Source: Candidatus Poribacteria bacterium
GTDB lineage: Bacteria; Poribacteria; WGA-4E; GCA-2687025
DNA: 64,000 bases
Reading direction: 5' to 3'
Assembly: GCA_016866785.1 (NCBI GenBank)
Contig: VGLH01000003.1
Span: 4,795-68,794, forward strand
Made by a program: the position numbers and the translations under genes. Below are positions 1 through 9,666 of the stretch, piece after piece. Every line of letters begins with the position of its first letter. Position 1 is the stretch's first letter. A model generated the notes under the pieces. It saw only the letters and a list, made by a program, of their open reading frames with translations, did no database searches and was not told the origin of the DNA.

Positions 1-278
1 TTCGCCTTCGACCAGCCACGCATCGGGTCTGCAGTCGCGGTTCGGAAGTGCTTCCGATCCGCCTGTAGTAGGGATCGGAACTTGGCGTATGCCGGCTTTT
101 GCGCTGTCTGTGCGAGGATTCCCGAGCTCTCTGGCGGATCGGCAGCCAGGAACGCGCCGACGTCCGCCGGGCTAGCCGGCGGTTCCGCCCAAGAACGCGA
201 CACAGCCGCTAGCACGAGCGCCGCAACGATCCACCGAGCCCTCGACGACCGGTGCGTCCACACACGCCGCATTCTCAT
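1..278 (-). CDS. Partial CDS (N-terminus only, runs off the window start): hypothetical secreted protein. ATG at 278 overlaps the stop of the upstream ABC exporter (ATGA)
   Basis: Open minus-strand frame from 278 to position 1 with no stop. N-terminus MRMRRVWTHRSSRARWIVAALVLAAVS looks like a signal peptide. ATGA start/stop overlap as elsewhere in this window. Third-position GC is lower than in confident genes, so it could be spurious. Confidence 0.3.
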   Translation of the reverse strand, partial: MRMRRVWTHRSSRARWIVAALVLAAVSRSWAEPPASPADVGAFLAADPPESSGILAQTAQKPAYAKFRSLLQADRKHFRTATADPMRGWSKA

Positions 279-2088
279 CCTCCCGCAGATTCCTGTCTGA
301 ACTGGGTTCGGTGGAGCGAACCGTACGCTCCGCCTTGCGCCAGCAGCTCTTTATGCGTGCCCTGCTGAACGATCCGCCCATCCTGAATGACGAGGATCTT
401 GTCGGCGTTCTGGATCGTCGTCAATCGATGGGCGACGACGAACGCCGTTCTGCCCTGGAGCAGCTCACCGAACGACCGCTGGATGGACGCCTCCGACTCG
501 GAATCGAGCGACGAAGTCGCCTCGTCTAGCAGAAACAGCGGCGGGTTCTTCAGGAACGCGCGCGCGATGGCGATCCGCTGCTGCTCGCCCCCCGACAGCC
601 GCACGCCTCGCTCGCCGATGGGCGTTCCCAAGCCTTGGGGCATCGCCTCGATGAACGCCAACGCGTGAGCGCGCCGCGCCGCCTCTCGCACCGCCTCGTC
701 CGACGCGTCGGGAGCAGCCAGACGGATGTTGTCAGCGACGGTTCCCGCGAAGAGAACGCTTTCCTGCGGTACGAAGGCGATCTGCGACCGCAGCGAGCTC
801 AACCGAATCCGGGGCACTGGCACGCCGTCGAATAGAATTTCCCCCGAAGTCGGCTCGTAGAACCGTCCCAGCAGATGCAGAATCGTCGTCTTTCCCGCGC
901 CGCTTCGACCCACAAGAGCCACCGTCGTTCCGGGCTCCGCAGTGAACGACACGTCCTGCAGCACAGGCTCCCCGCCAAAGCTGAACGAGACGTTGCGGAA
1001 CTCGACGGAACCCGAGAAGCCGTCCAGCGGTTCGCCGCCGTCCATCTTCTCCGACGGCAGCTCGTGGATGGCGTCGACCCGCGCGAGCGACGCGATCCCC
1101 TGATGCGCCAGCGCGCTGAAGTTCCCGATGCTCTTCGCCGGTTCCATCATCAACGCGGCGAGTCCCAGATGCGCCAAGAGCTCGCCCAAGCCCAGCGAGC
1201 CCCCGACCGCCTGCCACGCCCCGATGGCGAACACGCCCGCGAGACCGATGCCCATCGCGATTTCCGTTGCCGGGGACTGGAACGCGAACAGCCGGACGCG
1301 CTTCATCGCGAGCCGGTAGACGGCGTGTGTCCGTCTCTCAAATCGCGTCTGCTCGCCGGCTTCGGCGCCGAACGCCTTGATGACTTTCAGCCCGAAGATG
1401 CTCTCCTGCAACGCCGACGCGACCGCCGCCTGCTCCTGCTGCACCAGCAGGCTCGTGCTCCGCACCCGCGACCCGATCACTCGAATCAGCCCCGCCAGCA
1501 CCGGGACCACGAGGAGCGTCGCCGCCGCGAGAATCCAGTTCTGCAAGAACATCAGAGCCAGGTAGACCATCAACGTCGCCGCGGAGCGAACGCCGCCCGT
1601 GATGGCGTGGACGCTCTGGACGACCACGTTCACGTCGTCCACCGTCCGCGACATGAGGTCGCCGCTCCGCTGCTGCTGGATCGTTCCCAACGGCAGACCC
1701 AGGATGCTTCGGTGGAGCCCGTTCCGCAGCGATGTCATCACGCGGAACGTGACGCGATGCATCAGATACGTGTGTCCGTACCCGATCACACCCTTGACGA
1801 CGAGCGCCGCGACAACGCCCGCCAGCACCGCGCCCATCGTCCGAAGGGCTGCCGACGCATCGGCGGCGGAGACGGCGAATCCTGGGAACACGGGATTCAG
1901 GCGCAACAGATGGAACTCGAGCGGATAGACGTTCGGTCCGTCGCTGGAGGCGAGAACCGCCATGGCATCCGATAGCGCGCGGACGATGCCTCCCGACAGG
2001 GCGGACGTGACGCCGGCGAGCACGACCACGCCCAGCATCGATGCCGTGTAGGGAGCCAGAAGGCGGGCGTAGCGCGTCCACACGGTCA
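275..2088 (-). CDS. ABC transporter, fused permease and ATP-binding protein (MsbA-like exporter)
   Basis: About 604 aa. N-terminal 6-TM region, then Walker A GRSGAGKTT, ABC signature LSGGEQQRIAIARAF and Walker B LFLLDEATSSLD. The ORF-track N-terminal extension (2089-2683) is Arg-rich off-frame junk overlapping the methyltransferase gene. True start is MTVWTRYARLL at 2088. Confidence 0.85.
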
Positions 2089-2802
2089 TGTCGGGACACG
2101 CTCCATGGCGACGATGAGCCTCGGAGAGGCGGCTGACAGGTCGCTGCCGTCGAAGTCGCCGTACCAGCGCACGGGAGCCATGCCCACGCGCGACGCCATC
2201 GCCGTCAGCTCCGGCGGCGTGTAGAGCCGCAGCGAACGCACCCACTGGCGATTCGACTTGCCGCCGTTCGCGAGCACATCGCGCGTGTCGAGGACGGTTC
2301 CCGTCACGGCGTCGAATCGTGCGCTCGCCAGATGGATCGCATCGGCGGCGCGCCACCAGTTGCGTCTGCCGTCCAGGTGCGCGGCGGCGTAGGGGTTCCA
2401 CGTTTCGATGAGGGCGTACCCATCGGGATTCAGGGCTCCCGCCATCGCGTCGAGAGCTCGCTGGTTGCCTGAATCGTCCAGCAGTCCGAACGAAGCGAAC
2501 ATGCAGATCGCCACGTCGAACGCCCCGTCGAAGGGAAGCGCGCGCATGTCGGCGAGGGCGTAGCAGGGCCCGTCCGGCTTTCGGCTGTGTGCAGCGGCTT
2601 GGATGAGCGGCTCGGACGCATCGACGCCGACGACGCGGTATCCGTACTCGGCGAGAAGCATGGCGTGCCTGCCGGCTCCGCATCCCACGTCCAGAACGCG
2701 GTCGTCCGACTGGAGATCGAGCGCCTCGACGAGGAAATCGACCTCGTCGCGCGTCGCCTCATCGCCGGGCATTTCCGCCGACACGTACTCCGCATCCCAC
2801 AT
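2086..2802 (-). CDS. Class I SAM-dependent methyltransferase
   Basis: Motif I VLDVGCGAGRH and a typical Rossmann MTase layout. Its stop overlaps the exporter start, suggesting translational coupling. Confidence 0.8.
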   Translation of the reverse strand: MWDAEYVSAEMPGDEATRDEVDFLVEALDLQSDDRVLDVGCGAGRHAMLLAEYGYRVVGVDASEPLIQAAAHSRKPDGPCYALADMRALPFDGAFDVAICMFASFGLLDDSGNQRALDAMAGALNPDGYALIETWNPYAAAHLDGRRNWWRAADAIHLASARFDAVTGTVLDTRDVLANGGKSNRQWVRSLRLYTPPELTAMASRVGMAPVRWYGDFDGSDLSAASPRLIVAMERVPT

Positions 2803-2835
2803 GGCGGGAAGCGTAGCACCGGCTCGGTCGAGTCG

Positions 2836-3858
2836 TCAAAGGGCGCGGGTCGCGCCTTCGCCTGTCCAGGCGGGCAGGTCGTCGCCGGTTCCTTCGATCC
2901 AGTCGGGCGTCAGGGCGACGTGGTCGATGGTCCGGCGATTGTTCGTGAACGAGACGTGCAGGAGCCCATCGCGCGACTGGATGATCGCCGGATAGTGGAA
3001 CCGCCCCTCCCCCGTCATGAGGTCGCGGGTGGTGTACCATGTCTCGCCGTCGTCATCGCTGATCGCCAGCGAGAGCGGGTTCCGCTGCGATGGATCGCGA
3101 TTGAACGCCAGCACGACGCGACCGTCCACCAGTTTCACGGCGTCCAGAGCCGCGTGCGGACATCCCAGCTCTGTCACCTCCGCTGGCGACCACGTTCGTC
3201 CGCCGTCCGCAGACACGCTGCGGAGCACGTTGGGATGCCTGCCGGACGGACGCAGCAGCGCGACGATCCGCCCATCAGCCGCCTCGATCAGCGATGGGTG
3301 CTGGTTCGGCTCGCCGGGCACCGCGCCAACCAGGTTCCACGTCGCCCCGTCGTCGGAGCTCCGCCACATGCGGGAGTGCCCATCCATGAACTCCGTCCCG
3401 AAGATCAGATCACCGGAGGAGAGTCGTATCGGCTTGCTGTGGGGCACATGCCCCAGATCTCGCGTCAGGAACTCGATATCCGACCACGAGGAGCCGCCGT
3501 CGTCCGAGTGGCACATCCGTAGATCGCACGTCACCCATCGGACGCCGGGACCGTAGGGTCCATCCAGCTTGCCGTGCATCGTCCCGTAGATGACGAGAAT
3601 CCTGCCCGACTCGTTCTCGTAGAGGATGCCGTTCCCTTCGGGCTTGCCGGGCGTGTCCGCGACGATGGACAGGGGCCCGAACTCGCCGCCGGGAGGCATC
3701 CGGGCGATGACCCACGCCGCGTCGGGTCGCGCCTCGCCCTCGCCGGCGTAGTATCCCACCAGCAGACCGCCCGTACGCGTTTCGACCAGCGTGGAGCAGT
3801 GGCACGAAGGGAACCGCTCGGAGGGTTCCGCCACGGCTTCCCAGGAGAGGATCGGCAT
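2836..3858 (-). CDS. BNR/Asp-box repeat glycosidase-like protein (sialidase/GH33-like beta-propeller)
   Basis: Four Asp-box motifs (SDDGGSSW, SDDGATW, SADGGRTW, SDDDGETW). Start taken at MPILSWEAV (ATG about 3858); upstream ORF extension is Arg-rich junk. Confidence 0.7.
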   Translation of the reverse strand: MPILSWEAVAEPSERFPSCHCSTLVETRTGGLLVGYYAGEGEARPDAAWVIARMPPGGEFGPLSIVADTPGKPEGNGILYENESGRILVIYGTMHGKLDGPYGPGVRWVTCDLRMCHSDDGGSSWSDIEFLTRDLGHVPHSKPIRLSSGDLIFGTEFMDGHSRMWRSSDDGATWNLVGAVPGEPNQHPSLIEAADGRIVALLRPSGRHPNVLRSVSADGGRTWSPAEVTELGCPHAALDAVKLVDGRVVLAFNRDPSQRNPLSLAISDDDGETWYTTRDLMTGEGRFHYPAIIQSRDGLLHVSFTNNRRTIDHVALTPDWIEGTGDDLPAWTGEGATRAL

Positions 3859-3872
3859 AGTCGCTCCGGGAT

Positions 3873-4628
3873 TCAGTTCGTCCAGGTGTTGCGGAACGGG
3901 TCGCCAGCGTCGCGCCGGGCTTGGGTCGTCATGCGCGTCCAGTCCGTCGCTTCGTCGGCGGCATGGGTCGAGCGAGTCAGGCGCGGGCAGTGCCGACAGA
4001 GCTCGGCGAAGATCGCGTGCGCGATGATCAGGTTGCCGACTCGGTTCGCGTGAACTCCGTCTGGGTGGATCAGCCAGTCCGCTTCGCCCTGGGCTGCCCA
4101 AACGTCCGCCAGCAGTGCGCCTTGTTCGCGCGCCAGATCGCGCAGGGCGTCGTTGTAGCGGATGGTCGCCTCGCGGCTCCCCTTGTCGTAGGGCGGGAAG
4201 CTGCGCCAGCCCGTCATGTGATAGATCGTCGTGACGACCATGACGGGATCGCAGGCTTCCCGCACATCGCTCAGGATGGTTCGACAGTCGTCGATGAACC
4301 CGGAAATCGCCATCCCGGCGCGCATGTCGTTGAGCCCGTAGCAGAAGACGAACAGGTCGGGCTCCGCCGCGATCACGTCGTCGCGGTATCGTTCGAGGGC
4401 GCTGGGCTTCGCGGACTGCGCGTAGCCGGGACTGCGCGGACTGATGGCGTTCGCCCCGATGCCCCGGTTGAGGTACTCCAGGGGCTCGGACTGGGCGCTC
4501 TGAAGCAGGCGATGGAGAACGTCGGCGAAACGGTCGGAGACGTCCGGGACCCACGGTCCGCCTTGGACGGTGCTCTCTCCCAGGACGACGAACCGGCGGA
4601 AGGGCTCGTCGAGGCGCAATCGGCTCAT
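3873..4628 (-). CDS. SGNH/GDSL-family hydrolase (lipase/esterase/acylhydrolase)
   Basis: Block III GLNDM and catalytic DGVH (DxxH) near the C-terminus. N-terminal VVLGEST block. Confidence 0.7.
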   Translation of the reverse strand: MSRLRLDEPFRRFVVLGESTVQGGPWVPDVSDRFADVLHRLLQSAQSEPLEYLNRGIGANAISPRSPGYAQSAKPSALERYRDDVIAAEPDLFVFCYGLNDMRAGMAISGFIDDCRTILSDVREACDPVMVVTTIYHMTGWRSFPPYDKGSREATIRYNDALRDLAREQGALLADVWAAQGEADWLIHPDGVHANRVGNLIIAHAIFAELCRHCPRLTRSTHAADEATDWTRMTTQARRDAGDPFRNTWTN

Positions 4629-4634
4629 CGCGTC

Positions 4635-5345
4635 CTACCTATCGTCCGTGCGCTCTCCGCCAACGCGGCGCTGACGGCGGAGCATCGAGGGTTCCCTGCC
4701 GTCGTCGGCTGGGGCTTCGTCGGCGCCGGAATACTCGCCGAGGACGACAACGGGATAAACGCTGTCGAACCCAGCGATCCGACCCTTGATGCGGACACGC
4801 TCATCGCGCGGCGGCGACGCCCGCAGATCGTCGTACACCGCGTTCGGGTGGAACACCAGGTCCTCGCCCGATCCGTCGGCATAGACGCGATGCCATAGCC
4901 CGGAAGTCACCAGACCCCGCGCCTGCACCCATCCGGGAACCCAGCGGAAGCTTCGGCGCGTGAAGCCCAGATGCGCGCGCAACTCGCCTGTCGCCTCGAT
5001 ATCAGTGCGATAGAGCAGCCGCCCGTCTTCGACGCCGCGCGTGTCGCGGATGCTGTGGACGATGTCGTAGATGTCGAGATAGTCGCCTTCGGGCGTGATC
5101 TCGACGATGGTGCGCCAGGGGTTCCGGCGACCGTCTTTGTCGCGAACCGCCTTGAACTCGATGTTCGACGGATCGACGTACGGGCTCAGCAGCTTCTCGA
5201 TCTGCCAACGGCTGCGGTTCGTCATGCCGCCGTAGAGGTGCAGACTCAGCTTCTCGACTTCGGCGCGCGCGAGGGTGACGGCTCCCGCCGCAAGAACGAG
5301 CGCACACGCCGTCAGGACGAGCCAATGGTTCCGATGAGGTCGCAT
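4635..5345 (-). CDS. Hypothetical secreted protein
   Basis: Signal peptide MRPHRNHWLVLTACALVLAAGAVTLARA. No recognisable catalytic motif. Confidence 0.5.
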   Translation of the reverse strand: MRPHRNHWLVLTACALVLAAGAVTLARAEVEKLSLHLYGGMTNRSRWQIEKLLSPYVDPSNIEFKAVRDKDGRRNPWRTIVEITPEGDYLDIYDIVHSIRDTRGVEDGRLLYRTDIEATGELRAHLGFTRRSFRWVPGWVQARGLVTSGLWHRVYADGSGEDLVFHPNAVYDDLRASPPRDERVRIKGRIAGFDSVYPVVVLGEYSGADEAPADDGREPSMLRRQRRVGGERTDDR

Positions 5346-5501
5346 ATCCAGCCTCCTTGCACTGCACATCCTGCGCTCTGGTCAGCATCGTGGGCGGACA
5401 CTCGACCAACGTGCTACGTCGTGCAGAACGCGGCTTGAGAGCCTCGACAACCGCACGCGCCATCGGCATTCTGACGCGTCGGCTCCCCCGCGTCAACCGA
5501 A

Positions 5502-7940
5502 TCACCGGTCGATCAGCAACCGACGGGTTTGCCGCATTCCTGAGCCTTCCAGCACGACCCAATAGACCCCGGACGCGACCGGCTCGCCGCGTTCGTTGCG
5601 CCCGTCCCAGTGCAGCGCCGTCGCCCGAGTCGTGTAGTCTCCTGCGGAGAGTTCACCCAGCGACCAGCGACGAACCAGTGTCCCGGCAACGTCGACGATC
5701 CGCGCGTCGAGAGTCGCCGTCTGTCCGAGCCGGAAGGGAATCCACACCTCCGGGTTCGCCGGAGACGGATACGCGGACAGAAGCTCAAGAGCCTTCGAGC
5801 GCGAATCGTCAGCCCATCCCGGCGCCGAGATCGGATGCACCGACAGGTCGGAGCCGACGAGCTCGCCTCCGAGAATCGACGATGCGCCCGTAGCCCGCAC
5901 GCGCAAGGCGTACTCCGACGCCGGCAGCGGCGTCCCAGCGACCGACACGAGCGACACGCCCGTTGCGTCGGGAAGCGTCAGCACATTCGCCGTCGGTGGA
6001 ACCAGCTCGTACACGGTTCCGGTGGGAAATCGGAATCGCGCCGCCCAGAGGCGCATCGCGGCTGGCGGCGATATGAGAAATGCGCCGTCGGGCTCGCGCA
6101 ATGCCCGCAGACGAACCGTTCCGGTTGCCGTGGGCGGAGCCGCCGGCACGCTTTTCTCGCCGAAATGCTTGGCGACGATGACCAGATCGGCGATGTCCAC
6201 GACGCCGTCGCCGGACAGGTCGGGGTTCAGCCCGATGAACGGACCCGACTCGCCGAAACGCTGCGCGACCAGCACCAAGTCCAGGATATCGACCGCGCCG
6301 TCGCGGTTGACGTCGCCGGTAAAGGACACCGACGGCATGCCGTGGTCGTCGAAGATGGAGAGCATCTCGGCTCGCTGCGGGTAGCCGCGTTCGATCCATC
6401 CGTCGCGGAACTTCTTGACGGTTTTGGGACGATAGGCGACGAAGAGCTCCCACACGCGCGGGAACTGGTTGGCGATCCCGTCGTCGTCCACATCGCGCGT
6501 CGTGTCCACGCTCTGGGAACCGTCGGAGAGGTCCCACAGGACGCTGGCGACCGCGCCTTCGACGATGCTGCCGTCCGAGTTGCGTCCCTTGCCGTCGATC
6601 GTGCCGGTCCACCAGTCGTTCGTCTCGATGTTGGGCAGGTTCGCGTTCCGGTAGGACCGGACGTTCAGCGCTCGGTCGTCCACCAGCGCCTCCATGAACT
6701 CCGCCCATCCCTCACTGACGGCGAACTCCGAATCGGAGACCGTATGAAGCGTGTGACCGCCGTCCACCCCGTTGCCGAAGGGGATCGCGTCGAACCGGTC
6801 GCCGTAGGCTGATGTCATCACGGCATGTCCGTACTCGTGCAGCGCGGCTTCGCGCAGGATGCCGTCGTTGAACCCGATGCGGATGACCTCGAACGAGACG
6901 ATGCCGATGCGGGCGTCTACGCTGTAGTAGGTTCCGCCGTCGAGAGATGGGTACTCGACTGTGACGCTCTTCCGTTCGAAGCCCACCGTGCGGCGAAGGT
7001 AGTCGCGCTCATCGAGCATCGCGCCGAAGATGCGACCGATGGCGTGCCGTTCGTCGTCGAGTCCCCAATGTACCGCCAGATCGGTCGTCGTCCCGCCGGC
7101 AGCGGGAGCCCAGTCCGTGCTCCGGCGGTACAGGGTTCCCCGGTGATCCGTCATCGTGAGGTGCGCGTTGCGAACCAAGACATTGATGCGGTACGTGCGA
7201 GCCGTCCCGTCGGCTCCCTTCGCCGGAACGTCCACAAAGGCGAAGCGCCCATCGACGTCGGTGAAGACCGTCTCGATCACCTGCTCGATCAGAAAGGCTC
7301 CGCGAGCGACTCGTTCCGCGAGCTGGACGGTGACCTCCCGAATCGGCAGCGCGATGCCCTCGACGTCGTCGTGGTACGTGACGCGTCCGGTGAACCGGGC
7401 ATCGCCGGGCGCGACGACCGCCGCTGGAGCGCGTTTCACCTGGGCGTCGAGTGTCCGTCCTCCGGATGCATCGATGGGGAATGGAGTGGCGCTGTCTTGG
7501 GAACTGGACGCCTGCACGCGCAGGTAGCGGACGAAGAGCTCGGGTTCCGGCTTCGTGGAACCGGTTCCGCCGACCGGAGTCAGCGCGGCGACGATGTCGT
7601 AGTTCCCGGGTCGGCTGACGCCGACCGCGACGCTCCGCACGAGTTCGCCATCCGACGGGACGTACACCATCTCTGTCCGCGCGGACAGCACCGAAGCGCC
7701 CTTGCCAACCCGCCATTCGAGCCGCGCAACCGTGCTCGTTCCCGTCATCGCGCGTACGCGCAGCAGATACCCGCCGACCCGGGCGAGGCTGGGAACCACC
7801 TGCGGATCGACCGACCCGACGAACCATGGGTCCCGCTGCCGGGCGCATCGAGTTTCCATGCGCTCGGCGGTCGCTCCCAAGGACGCGCACCACAGGAGCA
7901 CCAGCGCCAGAACCGTCCATCGACCCTTCACCGGAGACAT
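5502..7940 (-). CDS. Secreted multidomain zinc metalloprotease (HExxH) with dockerin-type repeats and a Por-secretion-tail/FlgD-Ig-like C-terminal domain
   Basis: Signal peptide MSPVKGRWTVLALVLLWCASLGATA. HEYGH zincin motif (ALHEYGHAV). Two dockerin type I repeats DVNRDGAVDILDLVLV and DLSGDGVVDIADLVIV. C-terminal about 90 aa (YPSPANPEVWIPF...VASGVYWVVL) matches the T9SS CTD / FlgD-Ig pattern. Confidence 0.75.
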   Translation of the reverse strand: MSPVKGRWTVLALVLLWCASLGATAERMETRCARQRDPWFVGSVDPQVVPSLARVGGYLLRVRAMTGTSTVARLEWRVGKGASVLSARTEMVYVPSDGELVRSVAVGVSRPGNYDIVAALTPVGGTGSTKPEPELFVRYLRVQASSSQDSATPFPIDASGGRTLDAQVKRAPAAVVAPGDARFTGRVTYHDDVEGIALPIREVTVQLAERVARGAFLIEQVIETVFTDVDGRFAFVDVPAKGADGTARTYRINVLVRNAHLTMTDHRGTLYRRSTDWAPAAGGTTTDLAVHWGLDDERHAIGRIFGAMLDERDYLRRTVGFERKSVTVEYPSLDGGTYYSVDARIGIVSFEVIRIGFNDGILREAALHEYGHAVMTSAYGDRFDAIPFGNGVDGGHTLHTVSDSEFAVSEGWAEFMEALVDDRALNVRSYRNANLPNIETNDWWTGTIDGKGRNSDGSIVEGAVASVLWDLSDGSQSVDTTRDVDDDGIANQFPRVWELFVAYRPKTVKKFRDGWIERGYPQRAEMLSIFDDHGMPSVSFTGDVNRDGAVDILDLVLVAQRFGESGPFIGLNPDLSGDGVVDIADLVIVAKHFGEKSVPAAPPTATGTVRLRALREPDGAFLISPPAAMRLWAARFRFPTGTVYELVPPTANVLTLPDATGVSLVSVAGTPLPASEYALRVRATGASSILGGELVGSDLSVHPISAPGWADDSRSKALELLSAYPSPANPEVWIPFRLGQTATLDARIVDVAGTLVRRWSLGELSAGDYTTRATALHWDGRNERGEPVASGVYWVVLEGSGMRQTRRLLIDR

Positions 7941-8044
7941 ACACTCCCTCTCGCACCAGATGCTCCACGCCGGCTTTGCGTGTCGTCGGAGCTCACAGTA
8001 TTCTACTCAACGTTCGTGCGACGAGCCATGAGGACAGCGAAACC

Positions 8045-8869
8045 GTGAAACGAGCCCGCCGAGTCTTGCCCATTGTCCTGCCGTTTCTCGCCGCCTTGGT
8101 GCTCGCGGCGATCTGGATCGGTTGCGGCGACGACATCACGAACGGACCGGGACCCGTCGATGTTCCCCTGGATCCGAAGATTCGCTCATCCGACGGCGCG
8201 ATCATGGTGCTCATCGACGAGGGCGTGTTCACGATGGGCGACCCCGATGCCCCGGCTCGAGCAGACAACCGCCCCGCGCACGCGGTGGCTCTGAGCGCGT
8301 TCTATATCGACGAAGCCGAAGTGACGAACAGCCAGTACGCAGCCTTCCTCACAGCAACGAAGCGCGCCGCCCCTAAGTTCTGGAACGACGACCGCTACAA
8401 CGGGCCCAATCAGCCGGTCGTCGGCGTCACATGGTCCGATGCGAGCGCGTACGCGCGCTGGGCGGGCAAGACCCTGCCGACCGAAGCCCAGTGGGAGAAA
8501 GCGGCGCGCGGCGGCATCGCTGGCGCACGCTATCCGTGGGGCAACGCCGCGCCCTCCGGGACGAACGCCATCTTCGGCGCGACTCGCGCGACCCCTGCAG
8601 ATGTCAAATCGACCACGCCGAATGCGCTGGGCATCTTCGACATGGGCGGGAACGTCTGGGAGTGGTGCGCCGACTACTACGACGCGACCTACTACAACAT
8701 CTCGCCGGATCAAGACCCGCGCGGTCCGCTGGCGGGCGCGACGCGCGTCCAGCGCGGGGGTTCCTACGCGAGCGATGCGTCCGCGCTCGAAGTATCCCAG
8801 CGGAGCCATCAGGACCCGGCAGAAGCCAACGCCGTAACCGGGTTCCGGTGCGCCAAGAGCGCTTTCTAA
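8045..8869 (+). CDS. Formylglycine-generating-enzyme (FGE/SUMF1)-domain lipoprotein
   Basis: GTG start with GAGGA about 10 nt upstream. Lipobox LAAIWIGCG. FGE-sulfatase family blocks (PAHAVALSAFYID, GVTWSDASAYARWAGKTLPTEAQWEKAARGG, GNVWEWCAD, RVQRGGSY). Confidence 0.8.
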   Translation: MKRARRVLPIVLPFLAALVLAAIWIGCGDDITNGPGPVDVPLDPKIRSSDGAIMVLIDEGVFTMGDPDAPARADNRPAHAVALSAFYIDEAEVTNSQYAAFLTATKRAAPKFWNDDRYNGPNQPVVGVTWSDASAYARWAGKTLPTEAQWEKAARGGIAGARYPWGNAAPSGTNAIFGATRATPADVKSTTPNALGIFDMGGNVWEWCADYYDATYYNISPDQDPRGPLAGATRVQRGGSYASDASALEVSQRSHQDPAEANAVTGFRCAKSAF

Positions 8870-8894
8870 CCCGCCTTCGAGGAGCCGCGAGGAC

Positions 8895-9666
8895 GATGGA
8901 GCTCCTCGACCTCATCCGCCGACGTCGCAGCCAGCGGGTCGAGTTCCGCGACGAACCCATCGCGTCGGAGCATGTCGCAGTCCTCGTCGAAGCCGCCCGA
9001 TGGGCTCCCTCGCCGTTCAACACCCAGCCGTGGGAGCTCGTCTTTCTCGACGCACCGGAACCCAAGGCAGCGCTGGGACGGCTCGCACGCAAAGCCATCG
9101 TCGAGCAACTCAAGAGCGCCGAGTTCCTTCAGGACGTCTCCGACTGGACGAGCGTCAGCGAGGACGAATGGCGTCAGCGCGCCGATGGCGTCCTACTCGG
9201 AGACCAGCTTCCCGATTCGTCGCTCGCCCGGTTCCTCGCGCCGTACCTGCTGCGCCATGCGCGGCAGGCGAGCGTTCTGGGCAAGGCTGGAGCCGGCAAC
9301 GCTCCCGGCCGCTCGACGGAACGACTGCTGGCGGTCGCCCCGCTCGTCTGCGTCGTTGTGAGGAACCGCGACCGGAAGTCCCCCGGCGAGAGCGGCGATC
9401 TCTGGTCGTGTTTCGGCATCGGGGCGATGCTGCAGAACCTCCTGCTTGCCGCGACCGAGCTGGGCATCGGCGCTCAGTTCGTCAACGCGCCACTGGAGAC
9501 GCCGCAGGACAGGGATGCCGTGCGCGACCTGCTACACGCGCCGCACTCCCGCGAGCCGGTCGTCATCCTGCGATTGGGTTATGTCGCGCAGGAGAACAAG
9601 CTTTCCGTCAGGCTTCCCGCCGAACGGTTCGTTCACTGGAACCGATACCCGGAGGATGGTGGATGA
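8895..9666 (+). CDS. Nitroreductase-family protein
   Basis: N-terminal RRRRSQRVEF, a typical nitroreductase start. FMN-reductase fold pattern. RBS GAGGACG. Stop overlaps the next start (ATGA). Confidence 0.7.

Noticed and set aside
875-2099. Large antisense or alternative-frame ORFs (875-1975 +, 1338-2099 -) inside the exporter gene. Similar ones occur at 5610-6812 +, 5809-6708 -, 6825-8048 +, 7009-7968 -, 20338-21048 -, 27546-28724 +, 31037-32650 +, 33141-34913 -, 39587-41233 -
   Set aside because: Arg/Pro/Gly-rich low-complexity translations typical of stop-codon-poor frames in 70% GC DNA. Each is fully covered by a well-supported gene on the other strand or frame
275-2683. 802-aa ORF-track version of the ABC exporter
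   Set aside because: The first about 198 residues are Arg-rich off-frame translation that overlaps the methyltransferase gene on the same strand. The true start is at MTVWTRYARLL (2088)
2836-4554. 572-aa ORF-track version of the BNR sialidase-like gene
   Set aside because: The N-terminal 236 residues are junk translation overlapping the GDSL hydrolase gene. The real start is MPILSWEAV
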